This document shows positions 8,262-18,067 of a stretch of DNA of 64,000 nt, piece by piece. The DNA is from a virus, in IMG/VR virus record IMGVR_UViG_3300020045_002218, positions 32,001 to 96,000 of that record, one strand, 5' to 3'. The notes below the pieces were generated by a model that did not search any database, had not been told where the DNA came from, and saw only the letters and a program-made list of their open reading frames with translations. Each line of letters starts with the position of its first letter. Within the stretch, counting starts at the first letter, position 1. The position numbers were made by a program, and so were the translations under genes.

Positions 8262-10225
8262 ACTTTTACCTTTAAATATCTTGTGAATGAACCAGTTACT
8301 TTAACAATAAATTCTGCTGGTTGAGTTGAAGAGAATCCTAAACCAGATAATTGATTATCTGATTCTGGTACTCTAAGTTTATTACCTAATACTTCAAATA
8401 CCTTACGATGTTTTTGTAATTCAGGTTTAAGGAATTCATTGAAGAATCCTCTTGGTGGTTCTGGATTTAAACAATCTTCTAAAATAAAGAAGGTATGTTT
8501 ATTACCTCTAGCATACTCTTCTGATAAGAAGTTAGGACTTCTTAAGATAGATTTTACTTTATGAAAGCCATTGGTATTAATATTCCAAATTTGTTTAGTA
8601 ATACCTTTTGAAGTATTATCTAACGAATTTTGAAACACTAATCCTTCTTGTGTAATAAGAATTTCTGCTACTTGAATCTTAGCATTACCTGCCACTGGTT
8701 TATCATAAGAAAAACTATATACTTGACCTTCATACTCAATCTCTGCTGTAAATCCAGCAGAACTTCTTGATGAAGAGTAGTTGTGTACAAATAGCTCAGT
8801 TACTCCATAAGGAGTTCTTTCCCAAATGATGTTTTCAACAGCTACTTTACCGCCAGGATTAATAATATCTACGTCTAGCATTCCAGTTAATCTTGAACGA
8901 CTTCCCTTGTTACTAAAGTAAATTTCATGACCATCTGGTTCAATAGCATGAGCATCAAAGTCAATATTATTAGTACCTTCTGTATTCCATTGGATTGAGA
9001 ACCTTAATGCACCCTCAACTTGTCCTCCAGCATCTTTAACTCTTTGCTTCATAGAATCAGCTACATCACCTGAATAACTAAAAGCAATATCATTACTCCA
9101 AGGGAATAATAATGGAGCTTCTTTGTCTTGTGCAGCAGTTAAAGACATTAAGTTACCTGACTGTTTACTTTCAAATAATACTTCAATAGCTTTAGCTGTA
9201 GGAACAACATTTTTAATAAAAGCTTCTAATGAAATTTCTTCTACTTTAGATAATTTCTTTGGATTGATGGTTTCAGTAGCTAATATATCAAATACATCTT
9301 TTTCTTTTGTAATACTTCTATCAATAAAGATAACTTGTTCTACAGATAAATCATCAATTACTGCATAACGTCTTTGTAAAGATTCTGTTAAACCAAGTTC
9401 TTGAATAGTAGCTTTAGCATCTTCTACCATTCTAGGTGTTACTAATGAAGTAGGTCTTTTGTAATTAGCTGGAGCAACAATAGCTTCAAATTTTCTTACA
9501 GCTTGGTCTAATTCCATTTCATTACTTAAATCTACAAGCAATGTACCAATAGCTGTATTACGAATCTTTCCTCCAGAAGTATAATTACTCCAAGCATAAA
9601 TATCTTTTGAAGTAGATTTATCATAAGCTTTTTTGTGAGCTAAGAAAGTAGATAACATAGCTTTAAACTCAGATCCTCTATAAAGAGAATTCTGTTCAAT
9701 TAACTCTAAAACAGTTTCAATAGAATCAATTGTGATTTCATCTAAACTTCTTTTGAATACTTGTTTAGTTGAAGATGATTCTCCAATAATGGAATCAATA
9801 GATAAACTACCTTTATAAACTTTGGTTTTAGGTAATTCAACATAGAAATGAGTCCATTTAACTAATTCTTTAGTAACGTTAAAGTCAGTACCTAACTTAG
9901 CATGATCACATAAGTATTCTGATTGAATAGATGCTTCTCTAACAAGCTTACCTAATACTTTAGGCACTTCTGTAAAAAGTCCATCTACATCAAAATCCCA
10001 CATAGTAACAATCTTGTTATCTATGATAGCTACAATATTTCCATATTGTCTAATAAATGATTTACAACAATTACAGTTGTGTTCTTGTTTAATAACTGGA
10101 TCAGCAAAGCAATCAAGATAAGCTTCCCATAAAGCATTTCTTTCAAGATTTACTACAAATAATTTGTGTTGACTCATTGAATCAAATTGATTCTTTACTG
10201 CTGTTTTAATATTTTGAAATGACAT
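8258..10225 (-). CDS. conserved phage protein with DUF2135/YfaP-like C-terminal domain
   Basis: HNCNCC metal motif; LRFSIQWN..DFDAH..EPDG..IYF..LDVD..VENI. Confidence 0.7.
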   Translation of the reverse strand: MSFQNIKTAVKNQFDSMSQHKLFVVNLERNALWEAYLDCFADPVIKQEHNCNCCKSFIRQYGNIVAIIDNKIVTMWDFDVDGLFTEVPKVLGKLVREASIQSEYLCDHAKLGTDFNVTKELVKWTHFYVELPKTKVYKGSLSIDSIIGESSSTKQVFKRSLDEITIDSIETVLELIEQNSLYRGSEFKAMLSTFLAHKKAYDKSTSKDIYAWSNYTSGGKIRNTAIGTLLVDLSNEMELDQAVRKFEAIVAPANYKRPTSLVTPRMVEDAKATIQELGLTESLQRRYAVIDDLSVEQVIFIDRSITKEKDVFDILATETINPKKLSKVEEISLEAFIKNVVPTAKAIEVLFESKQSGNLMSLTAAQDKEAPLLFPWSNDIAFSYSGDVADSMKQRVKDAGGQVEGALRFSIQWNTEGTNNIDFDAHAIEPDGHEIYFSNKGSRSRLTGMLDVDIINPGGKVAVENIIWERTPYGVTELFVHNYSSSRSSAGFTAEIEYEGQVYSFSYDKPVAGNAKIQVAEILITQEGLVFQNSLDNTSKGITKQIWNINTNGFHKVKSILRSPNFLSEEYARGNKHTFFILEDCLNPEPPRGFFNEFLKPELQKHRKVFEVLGNKLRVPESDNQLSGLGFSSTQPAEFIVKVTGSFTRYLKVKV

Positions 10226-10277
10226 GATAATTCTCTTTGTAAGTGATATGGTTTATAAAGCCATAGAAATGAATAAT

Positions 10278-10304
10278 GAGTAGTTTTACTTCATACTCAG
10301 GAAG
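10278..10304 (-). ncRNA. H-type pseudoknot element (copy B)
   Basis: CUUC-CU-GAGUA-U-GAAG-UAAAAC-UACUC. Confidence 0.6.
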
Positions 10305-10360
10305 GATTTGTAATCTACCAATCAACGGATGGAGGTACTTAGCTTACAGTGGCTAGACTT

Positions 10361-10459
10361 TTTTATTGCTGAACACTATTCCGAAAATTAATATCTCGAA
10401 CCAGACATCGAACCTGAATTTTATAACCTTTCCCGTGTTTTTGATAAGGCAACAATAAA
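10361..10459 (-). ncRNA. candidate rod-like ncRNA with two GGUUCGA T-loop-like motifs
   Basis: UUUAUUGUUG/CAGCAAUAAA and AACAC/GUGUU stems. Confidence 0.45.
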
Positions 10460-10487
10460 AGCATTTTTAAGACTTACTCAGGTCTTA
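10459..10487 (-). ncRNA. H-type pseudoknot element (copy C)
   Basis: UAAGAC-CU-GAGUA-A-GUCUUA-AAAA-UGCUU. Confidence 0.6.
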
Positions 10488-10604
10488 GGATAGTCAGTCG
10501 CACGCAGAAGCACTAAATTAATAAGCTGTGAACCATGACATTGTAACGCTAGTACATATTGTACTTATCCTTTTAAAGCATTTTATTGGCTGCAAGCCAC
10601 ATTG

Positions 10605-11864
10605 TTAAATGAATACAAACCATCTATTATCGAGTATCTCAATAAACTCTTTACTATCTTTAACTGGTTTACCTGTAGCTCTAGCTTCAGCTCTTGTTTT
10701 AAATGATTGTACATCTTTACCTTGAACACGTTCTTTTAGTTTGTGTTGTACAGGTACAGGTGATTTAGTAGGAAATGTTTTACCTTTAACTTCAGGTAAT
10801 TCAACTACACCATTTACTTTCTTTAGTTCATATTGTTTTAAATCTTCTTCAGTAAATTCAGTACCAATCTCTTCCCAATACAATACACCTGAACCTCTAG
10901 GTAATAGTCTATTGTGACTCATGGATTGAATGAATATGTCATAGTTACCATGATCTCCAGGATGTAATCTTACATTCTGAATCTTAGATAAACCAAGCAT
11001 ATCTCTTGCGTTGTCACCAGCAAATACTTTACCTGTCGTTCTATCTCTAATAAGAATTAATTTCTTAGGTTGAACTCTTGCTTCAGTCTTAATAAGTTGA
11101 TAGAAAGCACTACCTTTAAGAAATTTCATTCTATGTTCAAGAATGAAAGACATAATCTCAGTACGATCATATTGAGCTTTATCAGGTACAACATACAAAG
11201 ATACTTTAGATGTAATATCTTCTAACTGGTTTGTGTTTACATTTTCTACAGAAGAATAGAATGAACTTGAATTTGTTTGACCTGTACTTCTTGCTTTGAA
11301 ATAGGTATTTAATGCTTGTTCATTAGCTTGTGTAGCTTTTTCCATACCTTCAGATGTAGTATCCCATACTTGGATATTTCCTTTTGGAATACCAATACTA
11401 GATAAATCTGAAGCATTAGCTGGTACACGACATACAATAGTCCATCTATTGTCTAAAGTTTTGATAATATTAGTAAGTTCGTAATGTTTAATTCTTGATG
11501 TATTTTCATTACCATCAGTAGTAATCATTAATAAAAAAGATACATGATTTTTTGTAGCATCGGGTAACGATTTACATAATTCAATTGCATCTGCTATAGC
11601 ATCCCATAAAGGTGTCATATTATCTGCTTTCCAATCTTTAACTGGAAGTAGTACATGAGGATTAGAATTAACTACTGTACGTCTTACAGGGTTAAAGTTA
11701 AATCCAAAATCAATAACAGATACAATAGTATCTAATTTCTCTTGGTTTGCTGCATTTACTACTGCTTGAATATTTCTATTATAATCTTTAATAGCAGCAG
11801 TTTTTAAAGATTGCATACTACCTGAATGATCGTTAATAAAAACTATATATTGTTTATTTTGCAT
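10605..11864 (-). CDS. von Willebrand factor A domain protein
   Basis: MIDAS DHSGSM, TPLWDA, ITTDGNEN. Confidence 0.85.
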   Translation of the reverse strand: MQNKQYIVFINDHSGSMQSLKTAAIKDYNRNIQAVVNAANQEKLDTIVSVIDFGFNFNPVRRTVVNSNPHVLLPVKDWKADNMTPLWDAIADAIELCKSLPDATKNHVSFLLMITTDGNENTSRIKHYELTNIIKTLDNRWTIVCRVPANASDLSSIGIPKGNIQVWDTTSEGMEKATQANEQALNTYFKARSTGQTNSSSFYSSVENVNTNQLEDITSKVSLYVVPDKAQYDRTEIMSFILEHRMKFLKGSAFYQLIKTEARVQPKKLILIRDRTTGKVFAGDNARDMLGLSKIQNVRLHPGDHGNYDIFIQSMSHNRLLPRGSGVLYWEEIGTEFTEEDLKQYELKKVNGVVELPEVKGKTFPTKSPVPVQHKLKERVQGKDVQSFKTRAEARATGKPVKDSKEFIEILDNRWFVFI

Positions 11865-11877
11865 AAATTTTTCTCAT

Positions 11878-11904
11878 AAAAAACTCCTATTTATTAGGAG
11901 TTTT
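11878..11904. terminator. probable bidirectional terminator
   Basis: AAAACTCCTA-TTTAT-TAGGAGTTTT with A/T tails. Confidence 0.65.
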
Positions 11905-11935
11905 ATTTGTTGGATGTTAGTGGTGGTACACCACA

Positions 11936-13912
11936 TTATTTAATAGGACACATACCACTTGCACAATCTTGAGAATCTATTTCATTATCATTAGAATCTA
12001 AATTAGGTAATACAAACTCTTTTAATGTTGATACATATTCTTCATAAGTTTCTTTAGTAACTACTTCTTGTGGAAGATAAGCATATCCTAAGTCTTGTGC
12101 AGTTTTAGTAGGATCAGCTTTATATAGAAAGCTTACTCCTACATAAATATCCCAATTATTAAGTAACCAGTTAATAATATCTTTTACTTCATTTGGTTCA
12201 TAAGAAATAGTACAAGATACATTCTGTTGACACCAATGTACTTGATATTTCTTATATCTTTCTAACTGTTCAATAGCTGTTTCTTGGTTTACTTCTACAA
12301 TACCATGTGAAGTCTTAACTTTAGTAAATGGTACATTTTCCCATTTAAGTGGAAAAGTAACCAACATACCTTCAGAGTCTAATGGATTATTCCATACCTT
12401 ATAACCAGCATCTTTCAATGCAGGTAGTAATGGATCATGTTTACCAAAGTTTACGTTATTAAAAATATATTTACCTAAAGAAGTATGTAAACCTTCTTGA
12501 CACATAAACACCTTAGATAAAGTACCACTTGGTTTAACTAAAGTAATGTTTTTAGGTCTTTGTAAACCTAATTCATCAGCCATAGAATATGCTGCTGATA
12601 TAGCTTCACGTTTCATTATCTCTAAATCATATTCTGATAAATCAGGTCTTTGAGAAATACCTGTTAAGCCAATACCACATAATCTAAAGAATTCATTGTT
12701 AAGATGCCAAGCTTCTTGTAATACACCATCTTCAAGATTAACAAGAGTTTGTCTGTAGTTAGCTCTAGCAGCATAATATATGGTTTTAAGTAAACCTGAA
12801 GTATCTCCAATAAACTTAGATACATCAATTTCAACAAGATTACAGAATCCTTTGTTAGGTAATAATACTTCCGCGCACGGGTTGAGTAGATTAAACCAAG
12901 GTGCTTTAGTAAGTGCAGTAGCTCCATTAATGAATCCTGGTTCACTGCCACCTGAATCTTCCATAAGATTAAAAATATGCTCTAATTCTTTTTTACTTGG
13001 CTTATCATAAAATATTAAAGAGTTATTGGATTGACTTCTTTGAGAGTTACCATTCCAAAATTCTCTTTTAGCTACAGCAAACTCTTCCCATTCAGGTTGA
13101 TTGTACTCAAATAAGGCAATCTGAGCTGATCTACGGCTTGATAAGATTGTACCTAACCAATTAACTATATCCAGAATATCAATGCGTGAGAGCAATTCTC
13201 CTGCCTTTTTATTCATGATATTAGCTATAGCTACAAATGCTTTACTAATAGCTTCATCACCTGAACTAATCCAACCATACCCTTTAAGTCTACTACCTGC
13301 TGGACGTAGTTCAGAGAAGTCAAATACAAGCTTATTTGCTGGATATTTACCTGCAAGAATCTTACCTATAGATTTACTCCAAGCTTCTGCACTATCACCT
13401 ACTCTGATAGTCCATACACCTTTCTCAAATGTTTCTATATTTTTCTCTAATCCTCCTTTAGAGGTACGTTTAGTTCTAATGACATCAATAGTAGGAATAG
13501 GTTTAAAGAAGCCATTAAGAGTACCTACCTTAGGCTTAAATCCTACGCCACATCCCTGCATTAAAAGCCAAAGTACATCAACCATATCATATACAGTTTC
13601 AACAACAATACCTGAACAATTGAACATTGATGATTCTCTTACTTTAGATAAATCTGTACCACCTAACCACAATGTTCTTCCAGATACAGAACATTTCTTC
13701 TGTAACATTAAATTGTAAAAAGCAGATAACTCTAATTCTTCATCTATAGAAAGAGTTCTACCTAAAGCTCTTTCCCATAACCATGCTTGATGATTTTGTA
13801 CTCTAAAGCAAATATCTTCCCATGATTCGTATTGAGTTTCTTCCTCATTCAAAGGACGTGCATACGTCCTACGAACAATTACATCACTTCTTGTTTGTAA
13901 CGGATTATTCAT
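11936..13912 (-). CDS. nrdJ: class II (B12-dependent, RTPR-type) ribonucleotide reductase
   Basis: RTYAR, GRTLW, FNCS, LMQGCGVG, NPCAE, VKPSGT, C-terminal CASGMCPIK. Confidence 0.92.
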   Translation of the reverse strand: MNNPLQTRSDVIVRRTYARPLNEEETQYESWEDICFRVQNHQAWLWERALGRTLSIDEELELSAFYNLMLQKKCSVSGRTLWLGGTDLSKVRESSMFNCSGIVVETVYDMVDVLWLLMQGCGVGFKPKVGTLNGFFKPIPTIDVIRTKRTSKGGLEKNIETFEKGVWTIRVGDSAEAWSKSIGKILAGKYPANKLVFDFSELRPAGSRLKGYGWISSGDEAISKAFVAIANIMNKKAGELLSRIDILDIVNWLGTILSSRRSAQIALFEYNQPEWEEFAVAKREFWNGNSQRSQSNNSLIFYDKPSKKELEHIFNLMEDSGGSEPGFINGATALTKAPWFNLLNPCAEVLLPNKGFCNLVEIDVSKFIGDTSGLLKTIYYAARANYRQTLVNLEDGVLQEAWHLNNEFFRLCGIGLTGISQRPDLSEYDLEIMKREAISAAYSMADELGLQRPKNITLVKPSGTLSKVFMCQEGLHTSLGKYIFNNVNFGKHDPLLPALKDAGYKVWNNPLDSEGMLVTFPLKWENVPFTKVKTSHGIVEVNQETAIEQLERYKKYQVHWCQQNVSCTISYEPNEVKDIINWLLNNWDIYVGVSFLYKADPTKTAQDLGYAYLPQEVVTKETYEEYVSTLKEFVLPNLDSNDNEIDSQDCASGMCPIK

Positions 13913-13921
13913 ATAACTCCT

Positions 13922-14350
13922 TTATAAAAGTGGTTTAGCCTTAATAATTAATTCTTTGTGGTTCTCTAAAAATCTATCTCTAATTTCTGCTGTTGGGAAA
14001 GCTAAAAAATAAGAAAATGTATAATACCAATTCTTAAGAATATTATCTTTATCAAACTGTATTACAAATTTTTTAACTTCTTCTGTCCAATCAGGAATCC
14101 AATCACCATTAACATCTTTCATTAACTGACTTAACATAGCTAAAGCAATGCAAGTTTCTGCTTGTTCTTTAGTAGCAAATAATCTTTTTGTAGTAGTTCC
14201 TTTATCTATAAAATATCCATTAATAGTTTTTAATTCTTCCCAACAAGTAACTTGCTTCTTCTCCTCTTTCTTAAATTTAATACAAGTAAAAGATGAATTT
14301 TCTTCATCTACAATATACCCTTTAGGTACTTTAATATTTAATTCATTCAC
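13922..14350 (-). CDS. phage hypothetical protein
   Basis: GTG start with AGGA RBS; W.PDW..F..AEIRD.FLE pattern. Confidence 0.7.
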   Translation of the reverse strand: MNELNIKVPKGYIVDEENSSFTCIKFKKEEKKQVTCWEELKTINGYFIDKGTTTKRLFATKEQAETCIALAMLSQLMKDVNGDWIPDWTEEVKKFVIQFDKDNILKNWYYTFSYFLAFPTAEIRDRFLENHKELIIKAKPLL

Positions 14351-15026
14351 CTTATTTTCCTTTCTTAATAGTTACTGGTTTAAATTCTCTACAACTTGGT
14401 GACACAGAAGAGTTATTATTCAAAAATAAATAACATACTCGTTTAACTCCTGTATCACCTAATGTTTTAAAGAATGTGCATTCATTACAAGTTTGTTTCT
14501 TCACTCTTATCCTTATCTAATTTAGATCTTGCAAACCAAGCTTGTTCTGCTGAGCCTTCATCTAAATCATAATTACCCTCACAATCAAACCATTCTTTAA
14601 ATAGCTTTAATTCTTTTGATTCTTGTTCTGTCATAATTAACCTACTAAAAATGTTTGTTGATATTCATCTAATACAAGAAGAAATTTTCTATATTCTTCT
14701 TTAAGTAAAAGATACTTTCTTTCAATTTCTAAAAGTTCTTGATGTACTTCAACTGGTATTTCTATCATTTCATTTGATTTCATTTTGAGATCCCTTTATT
14801 AAGTCAAATCTAAAACATGTAGTTTCATTAGCATATCTTGGCTCACTACTATGTTTACATTTATTTAATGATGTAATATTTGATTGAAAGAACTCACAAT
14901 CTTTACATAAAAAAGTTCTTTCAAGTTTACGTTGTATATTTCTCTTCTTATTTAAGAGTCTACTTTTTTTACCTTTACTCATAAAAGCACCTTTTATTTT
15001 TGGTAATTTAGTGGGCGTAGACCCCA

Positions 15027-15643
15027 TTAAGTTATCTCAATAACTGCATCTCTTGATAGTCCAGATCTACTCTTTACAATTTGAGCAGTCATTTTTGATC
15101 CTGTTCTGTTGAAGATAAACCCACTTGAACATTGTTCTTCTAATGCTCTTGCACCATAGAAATGTTGCTCTGCTGATTTTAGTTGCTTGTTCTTGTATAC
15201 ATGATGAACTAAGATGATAGTACATTGTGTTTTCGTTACAATAGCTTTTAAGCTATTAATGATATTAAGAACATCTGCATTGTTATCCGTATCCTTATTC
15301 ATAAATGAAGCCATCATCTTAAATGAATCAATAATGATAATTGTACTTGGTTCACTGTCTTGTCTTAATGTACTGAAGAAGTCTTCATACTCTTCTTCAT
15401 TTACAGGAACATTATACATTTCCTTATCATAGCAAGGAGCAGAATCAAAATTAAAGTGTACAATTTCGTACCCTTCTTTTCTCCATTCTTCAGATTTATT
15501 GTGTAAGAATGTGGTCTTTCCTGTACCTGCCAACGAAGCAATTACATTTATGTCTGCTTTGATAAACAGCTTATCCTTATCTAAACACGTTACTGGTTTC
15601 AAGATACACTTCCCATATTTAGTTTCAACTGTTGGAATTAACA
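15027..15643 (-). CDS. RecA/DnaB-like P-loop ATPase (AAA_25-like)
   Basis: Walker A SLAGTGKTT, IIIIDS, ILVHH, KSR; likely start MLIPTV after a structured leader. Confidence 0.75.
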
Positions 15644-15660
15644 TTAGTTTCCTTAGAGCA

Positions 15661-15755
15661 TAAAAAAACCTCAATAACTGTGAGTAGTGGTCACACCTAA
15701 AGAGGTTTAAAAGGATCACCTTTTGAGCTAAGTTCCCACTACGGACATACTTCAA
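15661..15755 (-). promoter_or_regulatory. structured leader/attenuator
   Basis: 5' GUAGUGG complementary to loop CCACUAC within terminator AAACCUC..GAGGUUUUUUU. Confidence 0.45.
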
Positions 15756-15874
15756 AAGAAGATAGAATTTTAGTGGTTGTAACTAGAATTCTTCAGAAGA
15801 ATTCTAACATTTTTGTTAAGAAAAAGCAATAGTTATTTTTATTTATGGGTGAATAGCGGTGGAACACCGCATTA

Positions 15875-16306
15875 TTAAGATATTCCTATAAATACTGTTT
15901 TAGCTTTTGAATGCTGAGTAATTAAACCATGCGTATTAAAGTCGTTGAAGGTATATAGCTTATTAACCTCTAAGATGGTTTCTTGTTCTTCTTTCCATAA
16001 AATAATGTTTGATGAACATTTGATGGGTATTAGTATACATCTCTTAGATACACCATCTGTATGACTATCAATTGTACCTTCTATAATTAGTATTTGTATT
16101 GATAAATCTGTTTTATAAAGGTGATTTGGGATAGCTTTTAAAACTTCTTCTTGATAAGGTAACATTACAGGGTAATCATTTACAAAATATTGTTTACCTA
16201 TACCATTAAAATAAAATGTATTTGATGCAACATTAGGTAAAGCTTTAACCAAGGTTAAGAATTTAGATATGTTTATTTTCTTTTTTAACTCATATTTTCT
16301 TATCAT
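15875..16306 (-). CDS. 2OG-Fe(II) oxygenase-like (cupin) protein
   Basis: HxD (HTD) and distal H (NTHGL). Confidence 0.6.
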   Translation of the reverse strand: MIRKYELKKKINISKFLTLVKALPNVASNTFYFNGIGKQYFVNDYPVMLPYQEEVLKAIPNHLYKTDLSIQILIIEGTIDSHTDGVSKRCILIPIKCSSNIILWKEEQETILEVNKLYTFNDFNTHGLITQHSKAKTVFIGIS

Positions 16307-16411
16307 AATCTTTAGGTATCTTATAGTATGTTTTTGGTAAAAATGACTTTTTAACCTTTAGGTTTAGAAAAAATAAGAACTTCCTACAATTAAGTAAGAA
16401 GTTCTATTTTA

Positions 16412-17419
16412 CTAGCTGATAAAATATTCAGCGTCTCTTATTTTACCTTCTAATGAGGTGTCGTATTGTTTATATTTGATTGGTCTACCTAGAAGTTCTG
16501 AGATGATGTTAGACAAGTAATTCATCTTATAGAGTTCTATGCAAATATCTAAGTAGTGTTGTCTCATTGTATGTACATTATTTGGATGACAATAGAATGC
16601 GTCATGAATGGTTAATATATTAAAACCACTCTTATAACATCTTCTAGTAAGTTCTCTACTAATACAAGCATCGCAACTTTGCACAACATTTGCAATGATA
16701 GGTATAGCATAATCAGTACATACACCTTGTTTCATGTACTCATAAGTGAATGAACTCTTAGTTCCATGAATATCTCTAATACGGAGTGATGTATTCTCTG
16801 CTTCATGAGCTAATACTCTAGCAGTATGACCATCCCATAACGTCCATTGATATTCTCCTTTCTTAGGATTCCAAGCAGACTTTAAGTCTTTAGCAATCTC
16901 AATAGTACAAGGAACTATTTCTTGTTGTGCAGCATAAAACTGTGTTAGTTCTGGAGTACCTTCACCAAACAATTCTTTTGGTATTCTTGTAGAACCATAG
17001 ATTCCTCCTTTCATTAAAGCTGATTTAGCATCATCTCTAGCTACCTGAATTTCAGTATCTAAATGATTATTCATCTCTTGAGTAAGATTAGCATATACAT
17101 CTTGTACTTTACCTGTGTTAATTAGATTGGTTTGAATAAGAGTTTTCTCACATCCGACTAACAAACCAGCAATACTGATACCTGAAGCACTAGCATCAAG
17201 ACCCATAATGAAGTTCGTTGGTTTACCAGCTTGAACTAAACGTAGTGCATTAACTGCCTTTGCAAATAATAAGCTTTTCTTTGCAATACCAATTCCATCC
17301 TCTAAGTAAGGCATATTGTCTTTTGTCCATTCTACACGCTCTTCCCATGTACATTTATCATGTCCAAACTGTGAAGCCACATCTATCAACAAATACTCAT
17401 AAGGTGTAATCTTTTGCAT
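16412..17419 (-). CDS. RNA polymerase II subunit 2 (N4 gp16-like)
   Basis: EYLLIDVASQFGHDK, motif A GLDASASG, motif B R..AK...YGS, motif C IHDAF. Confidence 0.92.
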   Translation of the reverse strand: MQKITPYEYLLIDVASQFGHDKCTWEERVEWTKDNMPYLEDGIGIAKKSLLFAKAVNALRLVQAGKPTNFIMGLDASASGISIAGLLVGCEKTLIQTNLINTGKVQDVYANLTQEMNNHLDTEIQVARDDAKSALMKGGIYGSTRIPKELFGEGTPELTQFYAAQQEIVPCTIEIAKDLKSAWNPKKGEYQWTLWDGHTARVLAHEAENTSLRIRDIHGTKSSFTYEYMKQGVCTDYAIPIIANVVQSCDACISRELTRRCYKSGFNILTIHDAFYCHPNNVHTMRQHYLDICIELYKMNYLSNIISELLGRPIKYKQYDTSLEGKIRDAEYFIS

Positions 17420-17424
17420 AACCT

Positions 17425-18054
17425 TTACTCCACTAAATGAATTGTATTAGCTCTTTCAATCAGAGCATTCTTTAAACGTAAATCAGTTTGTTCTTCAGCT
17501 ATCTCTTTGATTAGGTTAGCTTTATATGTGCAGTAAGCTTCATGTGCTTCTTGTTCTATAACATACCTTCCTAAGTTAATGTCTTTATATCCGTTACTAC
17601 ACTGTGCTTTAAATTTTCCTGAAGCTTTTTCAAAGCTAACACCTAACTTGTACTTTCCTCGTCTACATTTAGATACATTACAAAGCTTATTTAATTTTTG
17701 TGAAACAAAGATACATGTATTAGGCGAATACTCTTTATTACCCTTTACTAATAAATCTTTATCTAACTGTTTGTTCTGCCAGTCTTGTGTTTGCATCCAT
17801 TTCTTAAAATTAGAGAATACTAACCATTCATTACAAACAGAACATCCTATATATGTAGGGTATTTATCTAACCATTCCTGTGCATAACACCTTTGTAACA
17901 TACTTTGCCACACTTTATAGTATGGACAAGTTACTTGTTTATCTTTTCTTGGTACTACTTGATAAGTAGCATCATTAGTACCAACACCATAGACAGGTTT
18001 ACGCATTGCTAAGCTTAATTTATTAACTGGTATCTCTTTAAATTCGTTAATCAT
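17425..18054 (-). CDS. HNH-like homing endonuclease with AP2-like DNA-binding domain
   Basis: YKVWQSMLQRC..Y.GCSVCNEW..FSNF..W..LDKD..YSPNTC; C-terminal LGRY..EAHEAY. Confidence 0.85.
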   Translation of the reverse strand: MINEFKEIPVNKLSLAMRKPVYGVGTNDATYQVVPRKDKQVTCPYYKVWQSMLQRCYAQEWLDKYPTYIGCSVCNEWLVFSNFKKWMQTQDWQNKQLDKDLLVKGNKEYSPNTCIFVSQKLNKLCNVSKCRRGKYKLGVSFEKASGKFKAQCSNGYKDINLGRYVIEQEAHEAYCTYKANLIKEIAEEQTDLRLKNALIERANTIHLVE

Positions 18055-18067
18055 TTTATTTATTCCA

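Noticed and set aside
12940-12949. GTTCACTGCC matches the start of the type I-F CRISPR repeat
   Set aside because: Only 10 nt, single copy, inside the nrdJ coding sequence; no array anywhere in the window
13182-13718. 178-aa plus-strand ORF and other antisense ORFs (e.g. 9123, 12780, 17579, 27039, 28167, 35745, 52636)
   Set aside because: Shadows of well-supported genes on the opposite strand
11936-13912. Class II RNR as a novelty
   Set aside because: Already known in N4-like phages; no intein or split seen
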